A stretch of DNA of 64,000 bases from an uncultured virus (IMG/VR IMGVR_UViG_3300013121_000021) (IMGVR_UViG_3300013121_000021); one strand, 5' to 3'; shown: positions 1 through 11,929, counted from the stretch's first letter. Notes: generated by a model not told the origin, from the letters alone. Numbers and translations: made by a program.

Positions 1-773
1 AGAAGTTCATAACCAGTTTTAAATATTGAATATTTAGTAGAGAAAAATGTTTTAATATGATCTAAAGCTGTCTCTACACTTTGTTTATTATTAAATATAA
101 GATAGTCAGTCGCTTGTTCATGCTTATCTAAAACTTTTAAATTAGATAACCCATTATAAGCCTCTAAAACTGCATCCTTATAATTTTTTATCAAATTTAA
201 AACTGGTATATCTTGTTTATAACTATCAATTTTAACTTGATCAAGATTAAGAACTGATTTTTTAATTAATTTTAATTGATTATATGATTCAATTACAGTT
301 AAAACTTCTTCTAATCTATTTTGAAATTGATTTAAATCATTAATTCTTTCATTTTTTACTCGATTAATTAATGTTACTGTTGAAGGATCTAAATTTAAAA
401 AATGTTTTTCAACATTATCATAATTAATCAATCGTGACGTAACATCTTCTTTAGCTTGTAAGATTTGCTTTACTAGATGAATAAATGAATGATATGATTT
501 TATATTTATATTTGAAGGTAATTTTGTAGAAACTTTTATTTCATTATTAATATCTACTAAAAATTCCTTAATAAATTTAATAATATCGGATTCTTTTAAA
601 GTAGTAAATGAAACTGTAAAATCAGCTTGATATAAACTTACATTTATTAATTTTGTAAAGAAATCTGTGTCTAAAAACTTACTTAAAAATGTATCGTATA
701 TCCCTATATTATCATCTAAAAGTTGTAAATTTTGTTGTGATATTGGATTGAATAAGAAGGTTTCTGGTGTCAC
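1..773 (-). CDS. Hypothetical protein, truncated by the window edge
   Basis: GTG at 773 after AGGG; frame reads open as far as translated by hand (MTPETFLFNPISQQNLQLLDDN...). Not in the ORF track, presumably because no stop lies in the window. Confidence 0.7.
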   Translation of the reverse strand, partial: MTPETFLFNPISQQNLQLLDDNIGIYDTFLSKFLDTDFFTKLINVSLYQADFTVSFTTLKESDIIKFIKEFLVDINNEIKVSTKLPSNINIKSYHSFIHLVKQILQAKEDVTSRLINYDNVEKHFLNLDPSTVTLINRVKNERINDLNQFQNRLEEVLTVIESYNQLKLIKKSVLNLDQVKIDSYKQDIPVLNLIKNYKDAVLEAYNGLSNLKVLDKHEQATDYLIFNNKQSVETALDHIKTFFSTKYSIFKTGYEL

Positions 774-838
774 TAAATAGCCCTAAATTAATGTTTAAAA
801 TTAGCTATCTGTTAAAATTATATTTATATATTCCTGAC

Positions 839-2872
839 TCAGATCATGTACTGATTTAAAACAGATAGGAGGGTATTAGAAAATAACGAAGATATATAGA
901 AATCATATAAATTCTCTCTATATATATCTATATCTAATGGGGAAAACGATTTAAAAGAATCTAATGTTCTGGTTATATATTTTTCATGATCCTCAGTTAT
1001 AATAAAATTTTCTTTATTTTCATTTTTTAGCAAACCAGAAAATTCATCTCCAAAATCACTTCCAAAATTATATAATATTATATTTTTAATATTATTAATT
1101 TCATTCTTAAATAAATTACCTTCTATAAAACCTTCAATTAAAGCAATTTTTATATATTTTCGAATAATATCAATTTTACCAGTCAGTTGATGTTCAGCTG
1201 AAATATTATTTTCTTTAGAAATTGTTATTAATTCAGGTATAAATTCATATATGATATAATTTATAAATATTTCAGAATTTATAAATTTATCAACCCAATT
1301 TATAAATTGTAAATAACAAGTATGTTCTATTATTGGAACATTCATTAATAATTCTTTTATATCTTTATTTTCATCAGATATTCTTAATTCATCAGATGTT
1401 CCACGTAATAATTCAAAAAATTTAACTCTACTAGATTTTCCTCCATAAGCAGGAATTTCATTATCTAAAGTTAAATTAAGAATTATATATTCAATATTTT
1501 CATTTAATAAACTAGCAGTTGCTATTGTGCTATCATTTAAATTAGATGGAATCTGTAAATCATCTTTAAATTCTTTTAAAAATTCACTATATATATAAAA
1601 ATGTGAATTGAAAAAATGAATCGCATCAGTATTAAATTGTGTAGATATATATTCTAATTGACTAAAAATATGTGGATTTAAATTTATTAAATTTGTTCTA
1701 ATATAAGAATATATAATAAATTCATCTATTGATTCAGTATAAGAAGATGGGATTAAATTATAATCATTTGATACAAAATGTGCTGTTAAATACGTATGGA
1801 GTTGTTCTCTAAAATTATAAATTATAAATCTATAATATTTTTCATCTATTAAACTATTTAAAAAAGTTTTAAATAGATTTTCTATTTTTTTAGTATGACC
1901 TTCACTAATAAAATTCTGTCTTATTTCATATACTTTTTTAACAGAAGATATATTATTTTTATCAATTAATTCTACATCTAAATCATTATCAATAAAAGAT
2001 TGAATCCCCTCATCTAATACATTTTTATTATTTAAATCTGGTATAACGGCGAGAATATATGATTCTTCTAATTGTTCTTTAGTTATATTCTGCGGATTAA
2101 AAATATTTAATACTATTCGATAATATTCAGATTCTTGATCTAAATTATTGGTTGCAAATATTGTTTTTATTAATAAATTAGTTAAAGTATTTGAAAAATT
2201 TGTATCTCTTAATAAATTAATATTTGATATTAAATTATTTTTTGTTAAATTTAACGAAGGATTAGATTGTTTATTTATATTATCAACTAATTGAGATATA
2301 ATTGATTCTAAATCGATAAATATATTTCTAAATAATCTATCTAATAATTTTTCAAAAATAATTAACGTTGCTGCTGATTTTTGAATACTTTTTGATATAT
2401 CAGAATTTACAGTATAATAAGATCTTGCTAAATATTTAAAATATAAATCATTGATTTGAGGTGTTAAATAATTTAATTCAAATAATTGCAATAACTTAAT
2501 TTTATAAAATGATGGATTTATATATTTATAGATATATTTTAAATTATTAATAATGTAAGTATAATCATTATTAATTTTAGGAATTAATTTTTTTGGGTCA
2601 TAAGATGTTTCACGAATTTTAAATTCATTTACACCATATGCGATAGGAACATTTTCATTTGTAATAATCCGCTTATCTCGTAAAAAATGAAAATCATAAA
2701 ATGAAAATTTATTAATAGTATCAAAATCTTTATCTAATAAAAAAGAAATTGAATTATCTTTTAATTGATTTAATAAATTAGTAAAATTTTTCTTAATAAA
2801 ATTAGGATCTTGATATATTTTATAATTATTTAATATATAATTTAAAAAATGATAAGAAAAATATGTTTTCAT
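839..2872 (-). CDS. Hypothetical protein (677 aa)
   Basis: Long ORF whose start overlaps the upstream stop (ATGA); no recognised motif. Confidence 0.8.
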   Translation of the reverse strand: MKTYFSYHFLNYILNNYKIYQDPNFIKKNFTNLLNQLKDNSISFLLDKDFDTINKFSFYDFHFLRDKRIITNENVPIAYGVNEFKIRETSYDPKKLIPKINNDYTYIINNLKYIYKYINPSFYKIKLLQLFELNYLTPQINDLYFKYLARSYYTVNSDISKSIQKSAATLIIFEKLLDRLFRNIFIDLESIISQLVDNINKQSNPSLNLTKNNLISNINLLRDTNFSNTLTNLLIKTIFATNNLDQESEYYRIVLNIFNPQNITKEQLEESYILAVIPDLNNKNVLDEGIQSFIDNDLDVELIDKNNISSVKKVYEIRQNFISEGHTKKIENLFKTFLNSLIDEKYYRFIIYNFREQLHTYLTAHFVSNDYNLIPSSYTESIDEFIIYSYIRTNLINLNPHIFSQLEYISTQFNTDAIHFFNSHFYIYSEFLKEFKDDLQIPSNLNDSTIATASLLNENIEYIILNLTLDNEIPAYGGKSSRVKFFELLRGTSDELRISDENKDIKELLMNVPIIEHTCYLQFINWVDKFINSEIFINYIIYEFIPELITISKENNISAEHQLTGKIDIIRKYIKIALIEGFIEGNLFKNEINNIKNIILYNFGSDFGDEFSGLLKNENKENFIITEDHEKYITRTLDSFKSFSPLDIDIYRENLYDFYISSLFSNTLLSVLNQYMI

Positions 2873-4152
2873 GAGAAAATACTTGTCGCGCCTGATAATC
2901 CATCACTTAATGCGCCACCAATAGTATCGAAAGCATCATTTAATGAACTATTAAGTCCATCTATAGCATCTGTTAATAAAGATGAATCTAAACCAGGTGG
3001 TAAAACTTGTTGAAAAAATGGTGGAAGATATGGAACATCTGTACCTGGTAATTTTTTAAAAGATTTAATAATGTCATTAGTAGTAGTTAATGCAAATTCT
3101 CCAGTTACATCAGTTACTTCAGTAGGATCATCATTTAACATATCTTCAACTTTTAGTATTTGCTTATCTAATACTGGATTTTTTAATGATGCGAATCCAT
3201 TAAGTGCTTGAGTGATTGTTAGTTGAACATCTACAGATAGAGGTTGCTGATATTTATTATATGTTATTTCTGGTCCAGATCTAGAAACATTCATATCTGA
3301 AATAAAAGCTAAATTCATATGAGATTGACCGTAGGCTTGAACATGGACATAACCAGTTTCACCATATGTCATACCATCGTCTGAAGTAGGTGCAGCTAAT
3401 AATAATATATATAATAACGGTTCTAAAACATGTTTTTGTATAGATTCTGGTGTTCCATATGGACTAACTAATTTAATTCTTACATTTAATGATGGAGTAA
3501 AAACCGATTCTTTCCATACTTTCGGTAATGCCATTTGCTTACCATGTAAGATTAGATTTTTTGCTAAATCTATTCCTGGTTGAACAGCATTAAGAAAATC
3601 TCTATTATTCTTTTTTAAATCATCAAAATTTATATCCATTGCGCCAGCTGCTTTAGCTCCTGCTTCAGCAGCTACATTAGTAATGCCATCTATATTAAAA
3701 CCAACAGAACGTCCAGCTTGTCGAAAATCTTGAAGTTTACCATTCCAATCATTAATTTTTCGTTCAACTGTATTTTGTTCAAAAGTATTAGCATAATTTT
3801 CAGAATATTCAACTGATGCGACCGTCCATAATCTAACACCTTTAATAGGAGCTAAATGTAATTGTTCACATCTAGATTGATAATCTAAAATTGCTTCTTC
3901 AAATTTAAGATCCATTACACCTCTATTAGCATAAGCATCTGGTTCTTTATATAATCTAGGATAATTTAAATTCCATCTTACAGGAATTAAATCCATTTTA
4001 TTCATGTAAGTTTTCATTTTTGTAGAAATTCTATAGAAATTATCCGCATTTCTATCTAATTGAACCGGTAAACCAATATCTAATATTTCAGATCCATCTC
4101 CAGCATCTCCTGAGTGACTTAATAGATCGACTGGTAAAATACCACTTGCCAT
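2869..4152 (-). CDS. Putative baseplate/tail-tube-fold structural protein
   Basis: 427-aa ORF directly after the tape-measure-like gene, GAGG RBS; function inferred from position only. Confidence 0.5.
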   Translation of the reverse strand: MASGILPVDLLSHSGDAGDGSEILDIGLPVQLDRNADNFYRISTKMKTYMNKMDLIPVRWNLNYPRLYKEPDAYANRGVMDLKFEEAILDYQSRCEQLHLAPIKGVRLWTVASVEYSENYANTFEQNTVERKINDWNGKLQDFRQAGRSVGFNIDGITNVAAEAGAKAAGAMDINFDDLKKNNRDFLNAVQPGIDLAKNLILHGKQMALPKVWKESVFTPSLNVRIKLVSPYGTPESIQKHVLEPLLYILLLAAPTSDDGMTYGETGYVHVQAYGQSHMNLAFISDMNVSRSGPEITYNKYQQPLSVDVQLTITQALNGFASLKNPVLDKQILKVEDMLNDDPTEVTDVTGEFALTTTNDIIKSFKKLPGTDVPYLPPFFQQVLPPGLDSSLLTDAIDGLNSSLNDAFDTIGGALSDGLSGATSIFS

Positions 4153-4166
4153 TTTTAACCTCGTAT

Positions 4167-4202
4167 AAAAATAGGTGAGAGATAAAATAATCTCTCACCT
4201 AT
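4167..4202 (-). terminator. Intrinsic terminator after the tape-measure-like gene
   Basis: ATAGGTGAGAGAT/ATCTCTCACCTAT inverted repeat followed by a T-tract on the - strand. Confidence 0.75.
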
Positions 4203-4209
4203 TATAAAA

Positions 4210-7200
4210 TTATTGATTAGTTGCAGTTCCAAAATCTATACCAGTTCCAAATAAATAAGTATCTTGTTTTAATAAGTCAGGAACGGCAGATAACAACTTC
4301 CATATAAATTTATCAGTATCGGCATCAAATTTTTTATCAAAATTATCTTCTATCGTTTGATTAGATTGATTTATATTATTGATATTTGATGGCATATTAA
4401 TAACTGGTGGTGCAGTAGAAGATTGTTTTTTCTCTATATCTGGGATAGTTGTCGATTGATCTGTACTTGCTCTACTTTCACCTGTTTGATCAGCTACTTG
4501 ATCACTAACTTGTTTAGTTAATAAACTCTGATCCCTTAACTTTGGTGAATTTATATTCACACCTTTATTAAATGGAGATAATTCATCAATAAATTTTTTA
4601 AATCTTGTTGATGGTGAATAATTATTTTTTAAAGGTTGATGTGAATTAACAGCAGCATATGAATCACGCAATCCAGTATTAGTTACTGTAAAATCAGCAA
4701 TAGATTGATTTTGCATTGGTGTAACACCAAACTTAGTCAAATCTATCATTTTATCGGAAGATATATTAGCATCCCCATATAAAATTTGCCTGGACATTTT
4801 ATCAGAATCACTAAGACCTGCAACTCCACCGCCTTCACCACTAGAACCAAAAAAAGATCCTATCATGGAACCAAATTCAGATACACCTGCCTTTAATTTA
4901 CCGGCTATTTCTTCTTTTGATGGCATCTTAAATTGATTTTCGCCACCACCTTCTCCTTGTGGACCAGTAGGTTGTTCTGTAGAATCAGGGTTAATTGGTG
5001 TTGATCCCATTCCAGCTGGTGTACTAGTATCTGTAGGAGTACCATCAAATCCTAATTTATGTTTTACAGTTTGATATGCTCCAACTGCAGCACCTTTAGC
5101 TTTATCAAATACTCCCTTCATTGTAGATCCTACTTGACTAGCAATACCAGATAATGATAATCCACTAGCTACTTCTGCACCAGAAACTTTTCCACTCTGT
5201 CCTCTAAATTTTCCCTGAATCGCATTCATATTAGGTAATGGTATTTCAGAAGGAGTTATATGCCATCTTTCAACTCCTCCTCGTTTTTTATCTGGTACTA
5301 TGGTAGCAATTCCCCATTTCTCTGCAAAAGTCTTTCCAGTTTGTGGATCAGTAGTTTGTTTGGCCCAATCAACATAACCACTACCAAAATCAACAGCCAA
5401 TCCCAATCCATGAGCTGACATTCCTGGTGTAGCTGCATTAACCCCAGATTTAGCTTTTGTAGCAACTTGTTCTTGATATGTTCTATACATATCTGATTTT
5501 GAAATACCTGCTACTTTTTTACCAGTCATTTTTTCATAATCTTTCGCTAAACCAGCTACTCGTCCAGCCATTTCAGGAGCTAATAAATCAAAACTTGCTT
5601 TTTCAGCAGAACCCCATCCAGAAAATCCAGATATATCAAAAGTTTGTGAATTAGGAGCTCCACTTTGTACAGGTTTTTGATCAGTTCCTTCTGTTTCAGA
5701 TGTTGGTATTTTTGTTGCATCACCTTGTGGCATAGCTTCAGCATTCAATTCAATTTTTTCAGGAGCAGTTGGACCAGAAGGAATACCTATAGGAGTTGTA
5801 GATGGAGAAGGTAATTGATCATTTAATGGTCCCATTCCACCAGTAGGTAAACTAGGAATATTATCAGATGCTTGAGCTGTTCCCATCGGATTAAATTTAG
5901 TTACTAACTGTTTTCCTTTATCTAATAGTGAAGCAACCATAGTTTGTCCACTAGAAGTATTATCTGCAACTCCAGCTACTTTAGCTTGTACTTTAGATCC
6001 AATAGTTTGCCACATTGATACAAATTGCGATGGGGATAATCCTTGTCCAGCATTAGAATCCATATTTTTTCTTATTTTTGCACTTACATCTGTTCCACTT
6101 TTTGCAGCATTATAGATTGATTTTATTCCACCCAAACCTTGTTGATGCGCAAGATAAAGATTACCTATAGAAGGTTCAATCCCTGCTTTAGATAACCCAC
6201 CCATATTTTCTTTTAAAAATGAAGCACCAGCAATAGAATTTTGATATGGATCAAATGGATCACTTAATCCTAATTTACTAGCATAAGCTCTCCATGTACT
6301 TGGTATAAATTGAAATAATCCACTAGCTCCACTTCCTTTATTGTAAGCTTTTGGATCACCTCTAGATTCAATCCAAGCCATTGTTAATAAATGTTCAAAT
6401 GGAACTCCTATTTTTTGAGCTGCGCTTTGAATTGCACCACGAACAGAATCAGTAAAACCAGATCTCCAATTTCCTGTCGTAAAACTTAATAATTTTTTCT
6501 TACCAGCCTCAGGTAAAGCTAAACTAGTACCTAAATCTTTTGTTGCTGCCCAAGCATTTTGCGCATATCCACTAGTAGCACTAGCAGCCGACTTAGCTGT
6601 ATTCCAAGCTGCTCCAACTCCGGATTTAGCTGCATTCCAAGCACCAACTGCAGCTCCTTGCATTCCACTAGGAGGTGCTGAAGGCGTACCTGCTGGCATA
6701 GAAGTATCTGGTAATTCAGATGCTTTAGGTAATGGAACTGTAGCTGAAGGCATAGTTTGTTCCATTGACCAAGTTCCCATTTTAACGGCTTGTTTTAATT
6801 GTTCTATTTCTTGTTTTTTTGTTTGTAATGCTTTTTCTTCTTCTTCAATATCTTTTTTCCAACTATCAGGTATTACTTTATTTAGAAATGGAGCAAAAAA
6901 TACCTTCTTTTTAAATGCTATTTTAATATCTTCAAAAAAATAAACTATTTCTGCAGCAAATAATTTAAATTGATCATCAAGATTATGATCAAAAAAGACT
7001 GCATTTATAAAATCAAAAATCATACCACTTATACCACCTAAAAGTGGTCCTATAAATGGAATAGTTCTAGATTTATCTGCAAATTTATTAGAATATTCTC
7101 CTTTAAACATATTTACTAGTGCATCATTCATATTTAATGTACTAGTAATAAAACTGTCCATATTAAAATTGGAAATAGATCCAATTAATGCTGCTATTCC

Positions 7201-10200
7201 ATCAACTGCTGTACCTACTAAACCACCTAGAAGTGTCAACCCTGGAAATTTCAGTCCTGACATTGTAGTAGCAAATTTAACTGAATATTCACCACTATAG
7301 TCTTTAAAAAATCCTATAATTGATCCATTTATAGAATTTAATAATGGACCTGTTGCTTCAGCTATATTAGCAGCAAAACTAAATATTGATATTACTCCAT
7401 CAACCATTGATCCGACAAGGCCACCTAATAAAGGACCTATTACTGGAATACTATCACTAAAAAAAGCAGCCATCCGAGATCCATATTTACCACCAACTGT
7501 AGTAGTAAAGAAATCTGTAATTGCTGTATTTGCTGAATCTAAAAATGGTCCAAAATTTTCGGCTATTTTTCCAATACCACTAAATATACCAACTATACCA
7601 TCTGCAACTGATCCTACTAATCCACCTAATATTGGCGGTATAATAGGAATAGGACTATCTGCGAAAAAATAAGCTCCTCTAGCTGCATATTTACCAAAGT
7701 GATCTATAAAAAATTGTGATATACTTTGATTAAATTCCCCTGTTCGGGCTTTAAATGCATCCATACTTTTAAGATTATCTGTTCCAAATAATCCTAATAA
7801 TCCTCCAATTGCACTTCCTATAAGAGCCCCTATACCCATACCAATCGGACCACCAACTAATCCAATTGTAGCTCCCATAGCTCCATATTTTCCCATCCCT
7901 TTAAATGCATCAGAAAGACCTCCTTTCATATTTCCAAAAACAGATTCCATTATACTACCTGTATCTCGGTAGTCATTAAACATTTCTATTAAACCATCAA
8001 CTATTAATAATGGACCTGCGATTTTTGCTATACTTTTTAACCCTACTTTAGGTAAAAATTTAGCTAAAGATTTATTTTTAAATAAACCGGTTCCCAATGT
8101 TGATGAAGCTGCTTGTCCCACTACACCTTCTACAGCAGTATTACTAACTGCAGATTGAGCCATTTTTGCAGCCATTGGATGTATTTTTTTAGCTACCCCT
8201 TTAACTGCGGTTCCTGCTGCTTCTGATGCAGCACCTTTAGCAGCTGCTCCTGCTACATCTCCTGCAACAGTTCCAACTCCTTTTTTAGTAAATAAATCTT
8301 TAATTTTACCAAAAAGAGTTCCAGTTCCCTTTACTGCTTTTTTACCTAATTCTACAATAGGATGCAAACCAAAATAATTTAATAAACTAACTATACCAGA
8401 TGCTATACCTTTTACTACTGGAGCTAATACAAGTCCTAATTTTAATAAAGTTGAAGTAGTTCCAGTAAGAGCACCTACAGTTTTAGCTACACCGCCAATA
8501 GAAGCAAGAACCCCACCAATCATTGGGAGGAGTTTTAATGGAGAACCTAAAAATGAAAAAAGAGTACTGAAAAAACCTTTTTTCTGTTTTTTCTTTTCTT
8601 CTTCATCATTTTTCTTCTCCATTTTATACCATGGAGAAATTACTCCTAAAAGTTGGGAAATATTTTCATTTGTTTCTTTTGTTTCTTTTAATTGTAAATC
8701 TCTATCTTCTGCTTCATCTTTGGCTTTTGTATTATCTGCTTCTAATTTTATTTGTTCAGCTACCGAAAGTTCTTTTTTATCCTGTAATTCAAGAATTTTA
8801 TCTTTATGTACATTATCTAATGTTAAAGATAATTTATCTATTGTAACTGATAAATTTTTAAGTATAGTAGCAGTTTCATCTTCACCAGTGATCTTTTGTG
8901 GTAAATTTGAAGAAAAAACAGTTGGAGATTTAATTATCTGTCCACCCATTAATTCTGGTTTTTCATTTTCTGCAACTATTCCTTGTCTAGAAATACCACC
9001 TTTAGCATGTTTTGTAAGTAATTTACCACTTGGACCTTCAACTAAATAAACTGGTTCTGGAATTATTGAATCTTGATGAATTAATAATTCTTGTTGAGTT
9101 TTAGTAAAAGAAATATAATTTTCTTTAAAGAAATCAGCTAGATATTGCAAATTAATTGGTACCCCATTAGCATCTGCTACATAAGATCTAATAGTTATAC
9201 CTTCAATCAACTGCTGTTTTATTTCAGATAATAGAGTATTTGTGGTTTGTGTAGGTGAAATTAAAGCTTCTTCTTTTATTCCTCTAAACTTATTTTTTAA
9301 ATCTCCATATCTTTTCGATATATCTTCATCCTTTCCTTGCTCTTTTAGTATTTTTAAAAATTCTTCTTGGCTTTGAGCACCTTGTAATTTTTCAATTTCT
9401 AATTGTTTTGAAGCACCGGTAAAAGAATTAATAAAATTTCCTAATGCACCTACTACACCACCACTAGCTGCAGCACCAGCTAATAATGTACCTTTTACAC
9501 CTAAAGTTGAAGCTACAATGCCTAAAGATGCGCCACCACCAGTTAATACTGTTGCTAAACCTGCTAATGCTGGAACACCCACTCCTAATAGAGTACTAAA
9601 CATATCCTGTTGTTCTATAAGTTTAGGATATGTTTCATTTTGCTGTCTTAACCACTCAGCATTTTCATACTCAGCTTCATTTAAATCACCCATAGCTTTA
9701 ATACTTCCTTGTATCATTGCTGCTTCATCTTCAATACCTAATTTATCTTTTAAAAACTTAGGTAAAAAATTATTAACAACACCAGCAACTGCCATTGTTA
9801 CTATTGAACCTTGCTGCTGTTCTTGATAATATTGTTCAATTTTACTTTTTCTTATTTCATCAAGTTGAAATTTTTTCTGAGCAGCAGATTGAGTTATTTT
9901 TCCTTTCTCATCTCTTTGAGCTTCAATAAATTTTCCAAATACAGAATCATAAACATCTTCCCTTGATTTTGTTAATGATATTCCAGTTTTTGGGTCTGTA
10001 CCTGGTTTTTCACCTGTCATACTATATCTAACGGCGGCTACATCAGCTCTCATCCGTTCAATAATAGTAATAAACTCACCACCTAAGAAATCATATGCTC
10101 TATCTTGATTACTTCGATATAAATTTGTTTCTTTTAAAGCTTGTGTTTTATCTTTTTTCTGAAGTCCAGATTCTTCTTTATAATCTCCCCACCATTTTTT

Positions 10201-11013
10201 TAATCTATTAGGAAGACTAGGTAAAGTCAAAAGTTCCTTTATAGGTGCCAAAGTAGTTTGTAACATTCCTCCAAAAAAAGGAACATTCCCAACTTTTTGC
10301 ATAAAGGTTCTAGGATCTTCATTAGGATCAAAATCACTAGTATATCTATCAGTTTTAGAAGATTCTAATCTTCTTTGTTGTTCAGTAACAGATGAAGACT
10401 TATCTTTAGAAGTAGATTTATTAATATCTACTAATTGCATTAATGAGAATCTTTGCAATTCATACATTCCCATTAATACATTAGTTTGAACAATATTAAA
10501 GTCTAATTCATTTTCAGCAACTATTCCTCTAAATTTTGTACTAGCTGGGGTTGTTATTGCTGCGGTTAAGCTCATACTTAACCCCATGGATCTAGCCAAT
10601 TTTCTATTAGTATCTTTAACTTTTTTATCAATAGTTGCTTTAGCTGATTGATTCCACATTCTCCCAAAAAATCCTTTTCTAGGCATTTCTCGAGAAATAT
10701 CAAACTCCATTCCTTGTTTAGACGCAGATCTTAAAAAATCTTCACGTCCTCCTTTTTTAGTATTATTTGAAGCAGTTAATATTTCAGCTATTTGACGTAA
10801 AATATTAGTCTGTTCAGTTTGTATTTTTATTGATGTTTGAAAATATTTTGATAAATTATTACTTGTACCTGAATTAAGATCGACTGTTTTTTCAACATTT
10901 TTATTAGATTGTTGTAATAAGCTAGCTACTGAACTATTAAATCTTCCAATATTATTATTTTGTTGTATAGTTGCCTGTTCTAATCTTCTTAATTGTTCAT
11001 TTTCGAATGCCAT
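4210..11013 (-). CDS. Tape-measure-like virion protein with lytic transglycosylase (SLT) and M15/VanY-like peptidase domains
   Basis: 2267 aa, helical with Gly/Ala-rich hydrophobic stretches; SLT motif IESRGDPKAYN..GASGLFQF; M15 motifs YRTYQEQ, PGMSAHGLGLAVD, ERWH. Confidence 0.8.
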   Translation of the reverse strand: MAFENEQLRRLEQATIQQNNNIGRFNSSVASLLQQSNKNVEKTVDLNSGTSNNLSKYFQTSIKIQTEQTNILRQIAEILTASNNTKKGGREDFLRSASKQGMEFDISREMPRKGFFGRMWNQSAKATIDKKVKDTNRKLARSMGLSMSLTAAITTPASTKFRGIVAENELDFNIVQTNVLMGMYELQRFSLMQLVDINKSTSKDKSSSVTEQQRRLESSKTDRYTSDFDPNEDPRTFMQKVGNVPFFGGMLQTTLAPIKELLTLPSLPNRLKKWWGDYKEESGLQKKDKTQALKETNLYRSNQDRAYDFLGGEFITIIERMRADVAAVRYSMTGEKPGTDPKTGISLTKSREDVYDSVFGKFIEAQRDEKGKITQSAAQKKFQLDEIRKSKIEQYYQEQQQGSIVTMAVAGVVNNFLPKFLKDKLGIEDEAAMIQGSIKAMGDLNEAEYENAEWLRQQNETYPKLIEQQDMFSTLLGVGVPALAGLATVLTGGGASLGIVASTLGVKGTLLAGAAASGGVVGALGNFINSFTGASKQLEIEKLQGAQSQEEFLKILKEQGKDEDISKRYGDLKNKFRGIKEEALISPTQTTNTLLSEIKQQLIEGITIRSYVADANGVPINLQYLADFFKENYISFTKTQQELLIHQDSIIPEPVYLVEGPSGKLLTKHAKGGISRQGIVAENEKPELMGGQIIKSPTVFSSNLPQKITGEDETATILKNLSVTIDKLSLTLDNVHKDKILELQDKKELSVAEQIKLEADNTKAKDEAEDRDLQLKETKETNENISQLLGVISPWYKMEKKNDEEEKKKQKKGFFSTLFSFLGSPLKLLPMIGGVLASIGGVAKTVGALTGTTSTLLKLGLVLAPVVKGIASGIVSLLNYFGLHPIVELGKKAVKGTGTLFGKIKDLFTKKGVGTVAGDVAGAAAKGAASEAAGTAVKGVAKKIHPMAAKMAQSAVSNTAVEGVVGQAASSTLGTGLFKNKSLAKFLPKVGLKSIAKIAGPLLIVDGLIEMFNDYRDTGSIMESVFGNMKGGLSDAFKGMGKYGAMGATIGLVGGPIGMGIGALIGSAIGGLLGLFGTDNLKSMDAFKARTGEFNQSISQFFIDHFGKYAARGAYFFADSPIPIIPPILGGLVGSVADGIVGIFSGIGKIAENFGPFLDSANTAITDFFTTTVGGKYGSRMAAFFSDSIPVIGPLLGGLVGSMVDGVISIFSFAANIAEATGPLLNSINGSIIGFFKDYSGEYSVKFATTMSGLKFPGLTLLGGLVGTAVDGIAALIGSISNFNMDSFITSTLNMNDALVNMFKGEYSNKFADKSRTIPFIGPLLGGISGMIFDFINAVFFDHNLDDQFKLFAAEIVYFFEDIKIAFKKKVFFAPFLNKVIPDSWKKDIEEEEKALQTKKQEIEQLKQAVKMGTWSMEQTMPSATVPLPKASELPDTSMPAGTPSAPPSGMQGAAVGAWNAAKSGVGAAWNTAKSAASATSGYAQNAWAATKDLGTSLALPEAGKKKLLSFTTGNWRSGFTDSVRGAIQSAAQKIGVPFEHLLTMAWIESRGDPKAYNKGSGASGLFQFIPSTWRAYASKLGLSDPFDPYQNSIAGASFLKENMGGLSKAGIEPSIGNLYLAHQQGLGGIKSIYNAAKSGTDVSAKIRKNMDSNAGQGLSPSQFVSMWQTIGSKVQAKVAGVADNTSSGQTMVASLLDKGKQLVTKFNPMGTAQASDNIPSLPTGGMGPLNDQLPSPSTTPIGIPSGPTAPEKIELNAEAMPQGDATKIPTSETEGTDQKPVQSGAPNSQTFDISGFSGWGSAEKASFDLLAPEMAGRVAGLAKDYEKMTGKKVAGISKSDMYRTYQEQVATKAKSGVNAATPGMSAHGLGLAVDFGSGYVDWAKQTTDPQTGKTFAEKWGIATIVPDKKRGGVERWHITPSEIPLPNMNAIQGKFRGQSGKVSGAEVASGLSLSGIASQVGSTMKGVFDKAKGAAVGAYQTVKHKLGFDGTPTDTSTPAGMGSTPINPDSTEQPTGPQGEGGGENQFKMPSKEEIAGKLKAGVSEFGSMIGSFFGSSGEGGGVAGLSDSDKMSRQILYGDANISSDKMIDLTKFGVTPMQNQSIADFTVTNTGLRDSYAAVNSHQPLKNNYSPSTRFKKFIDELSPFNKGVNINSPKLRDQSLLTKQVSDQVADQTGESRASTDQSTTIPDIEKKQSSTAPPVINMPSNINNINQSNQTIEDNFDKKFDADTDKFIWKLLSAVPDLLKQDTYLFGTGIDFGTATNQ

Positions 11014-11016
11014 AGA

Positions 11017-11929
11017 TTAAAAAAATTCTGGGAATGGTATATGCGTAAAATCATCAGACTTATTATCTTTATCTTCTCGTATAATTGGTAAATCAAATCT
11101 ACTTATTTCACTATCACTAAAATAATCTGCTATATTAACTTGTTTATTTTTCGATTCAATATTTATAATATTTTGAATTAGATCTTCTTGATCCTTTAAA
11201 AATTTTTCACTATTAACGCTAATTTGAGGTTCAATTTCAAATTGCCTATCTTTTTTAACTAATGCGCAAAAACAAGATGCCATGAATAAATCATCATGTT
11301 GGCCTTTTTGAGCGGCAACTCGGCCCATTGAATCTTTTTCAATAATACTTAATTGAGAAATTAATTCACCAGAATGTAATAAAGTAGGATCTGTTGTTAT
11401 TTCATCATAAAATAATGCAACCATTTTATCTTTTGATTTTTGACTTGTATATATTCCATATGGTTTTTCTACTTTACTATTCTTTTTTTGTTCTTCTTTA
11501 TATAAAAATTGCATATAATCAAACTCATTATCATTTTCTAAAGATTCAACTATAGCAATTCCCATTGAATTATTTTCTATTCCAACAATAAACTTTTTAC
11601 CAACTTGTTTATATAGAAATTTAATAACTTCTTTAACTACTTCTGAAAATTTAGTTAAAGACCCAATTCTTGAAATAAATTCTGCTGTTTGTTCAAAATT
11701 TGTATATTGAAATATTTCAATAGCGCATAAATCACCAACTAAACTACGTGCAGTATCAACTCCAACCAAATAAAAATCATTTGGATCGAAGTTTTTATAT
11801 ACTTTTAACTTACACATATGAGGTAAATTAAAAGTATCGATAGGTTTACTTGGTCGTAATTGTGTTAAATATTCATCAGTAAATATACAATTTGAACCTG
11901 CTACGAACATTAAATCTAATTCTTGATTT
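11017..11929 (-). CDS. terL: Terminase large subunit, exon 3 (RNase H-like nuclease domain)
   Basis: YLVGVDTARS, IENNSMG and GQHDDLFMA nuclease motifs; joins exon 2 in frame to give RRV-NQELDLMF. Confidence 0.9.
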
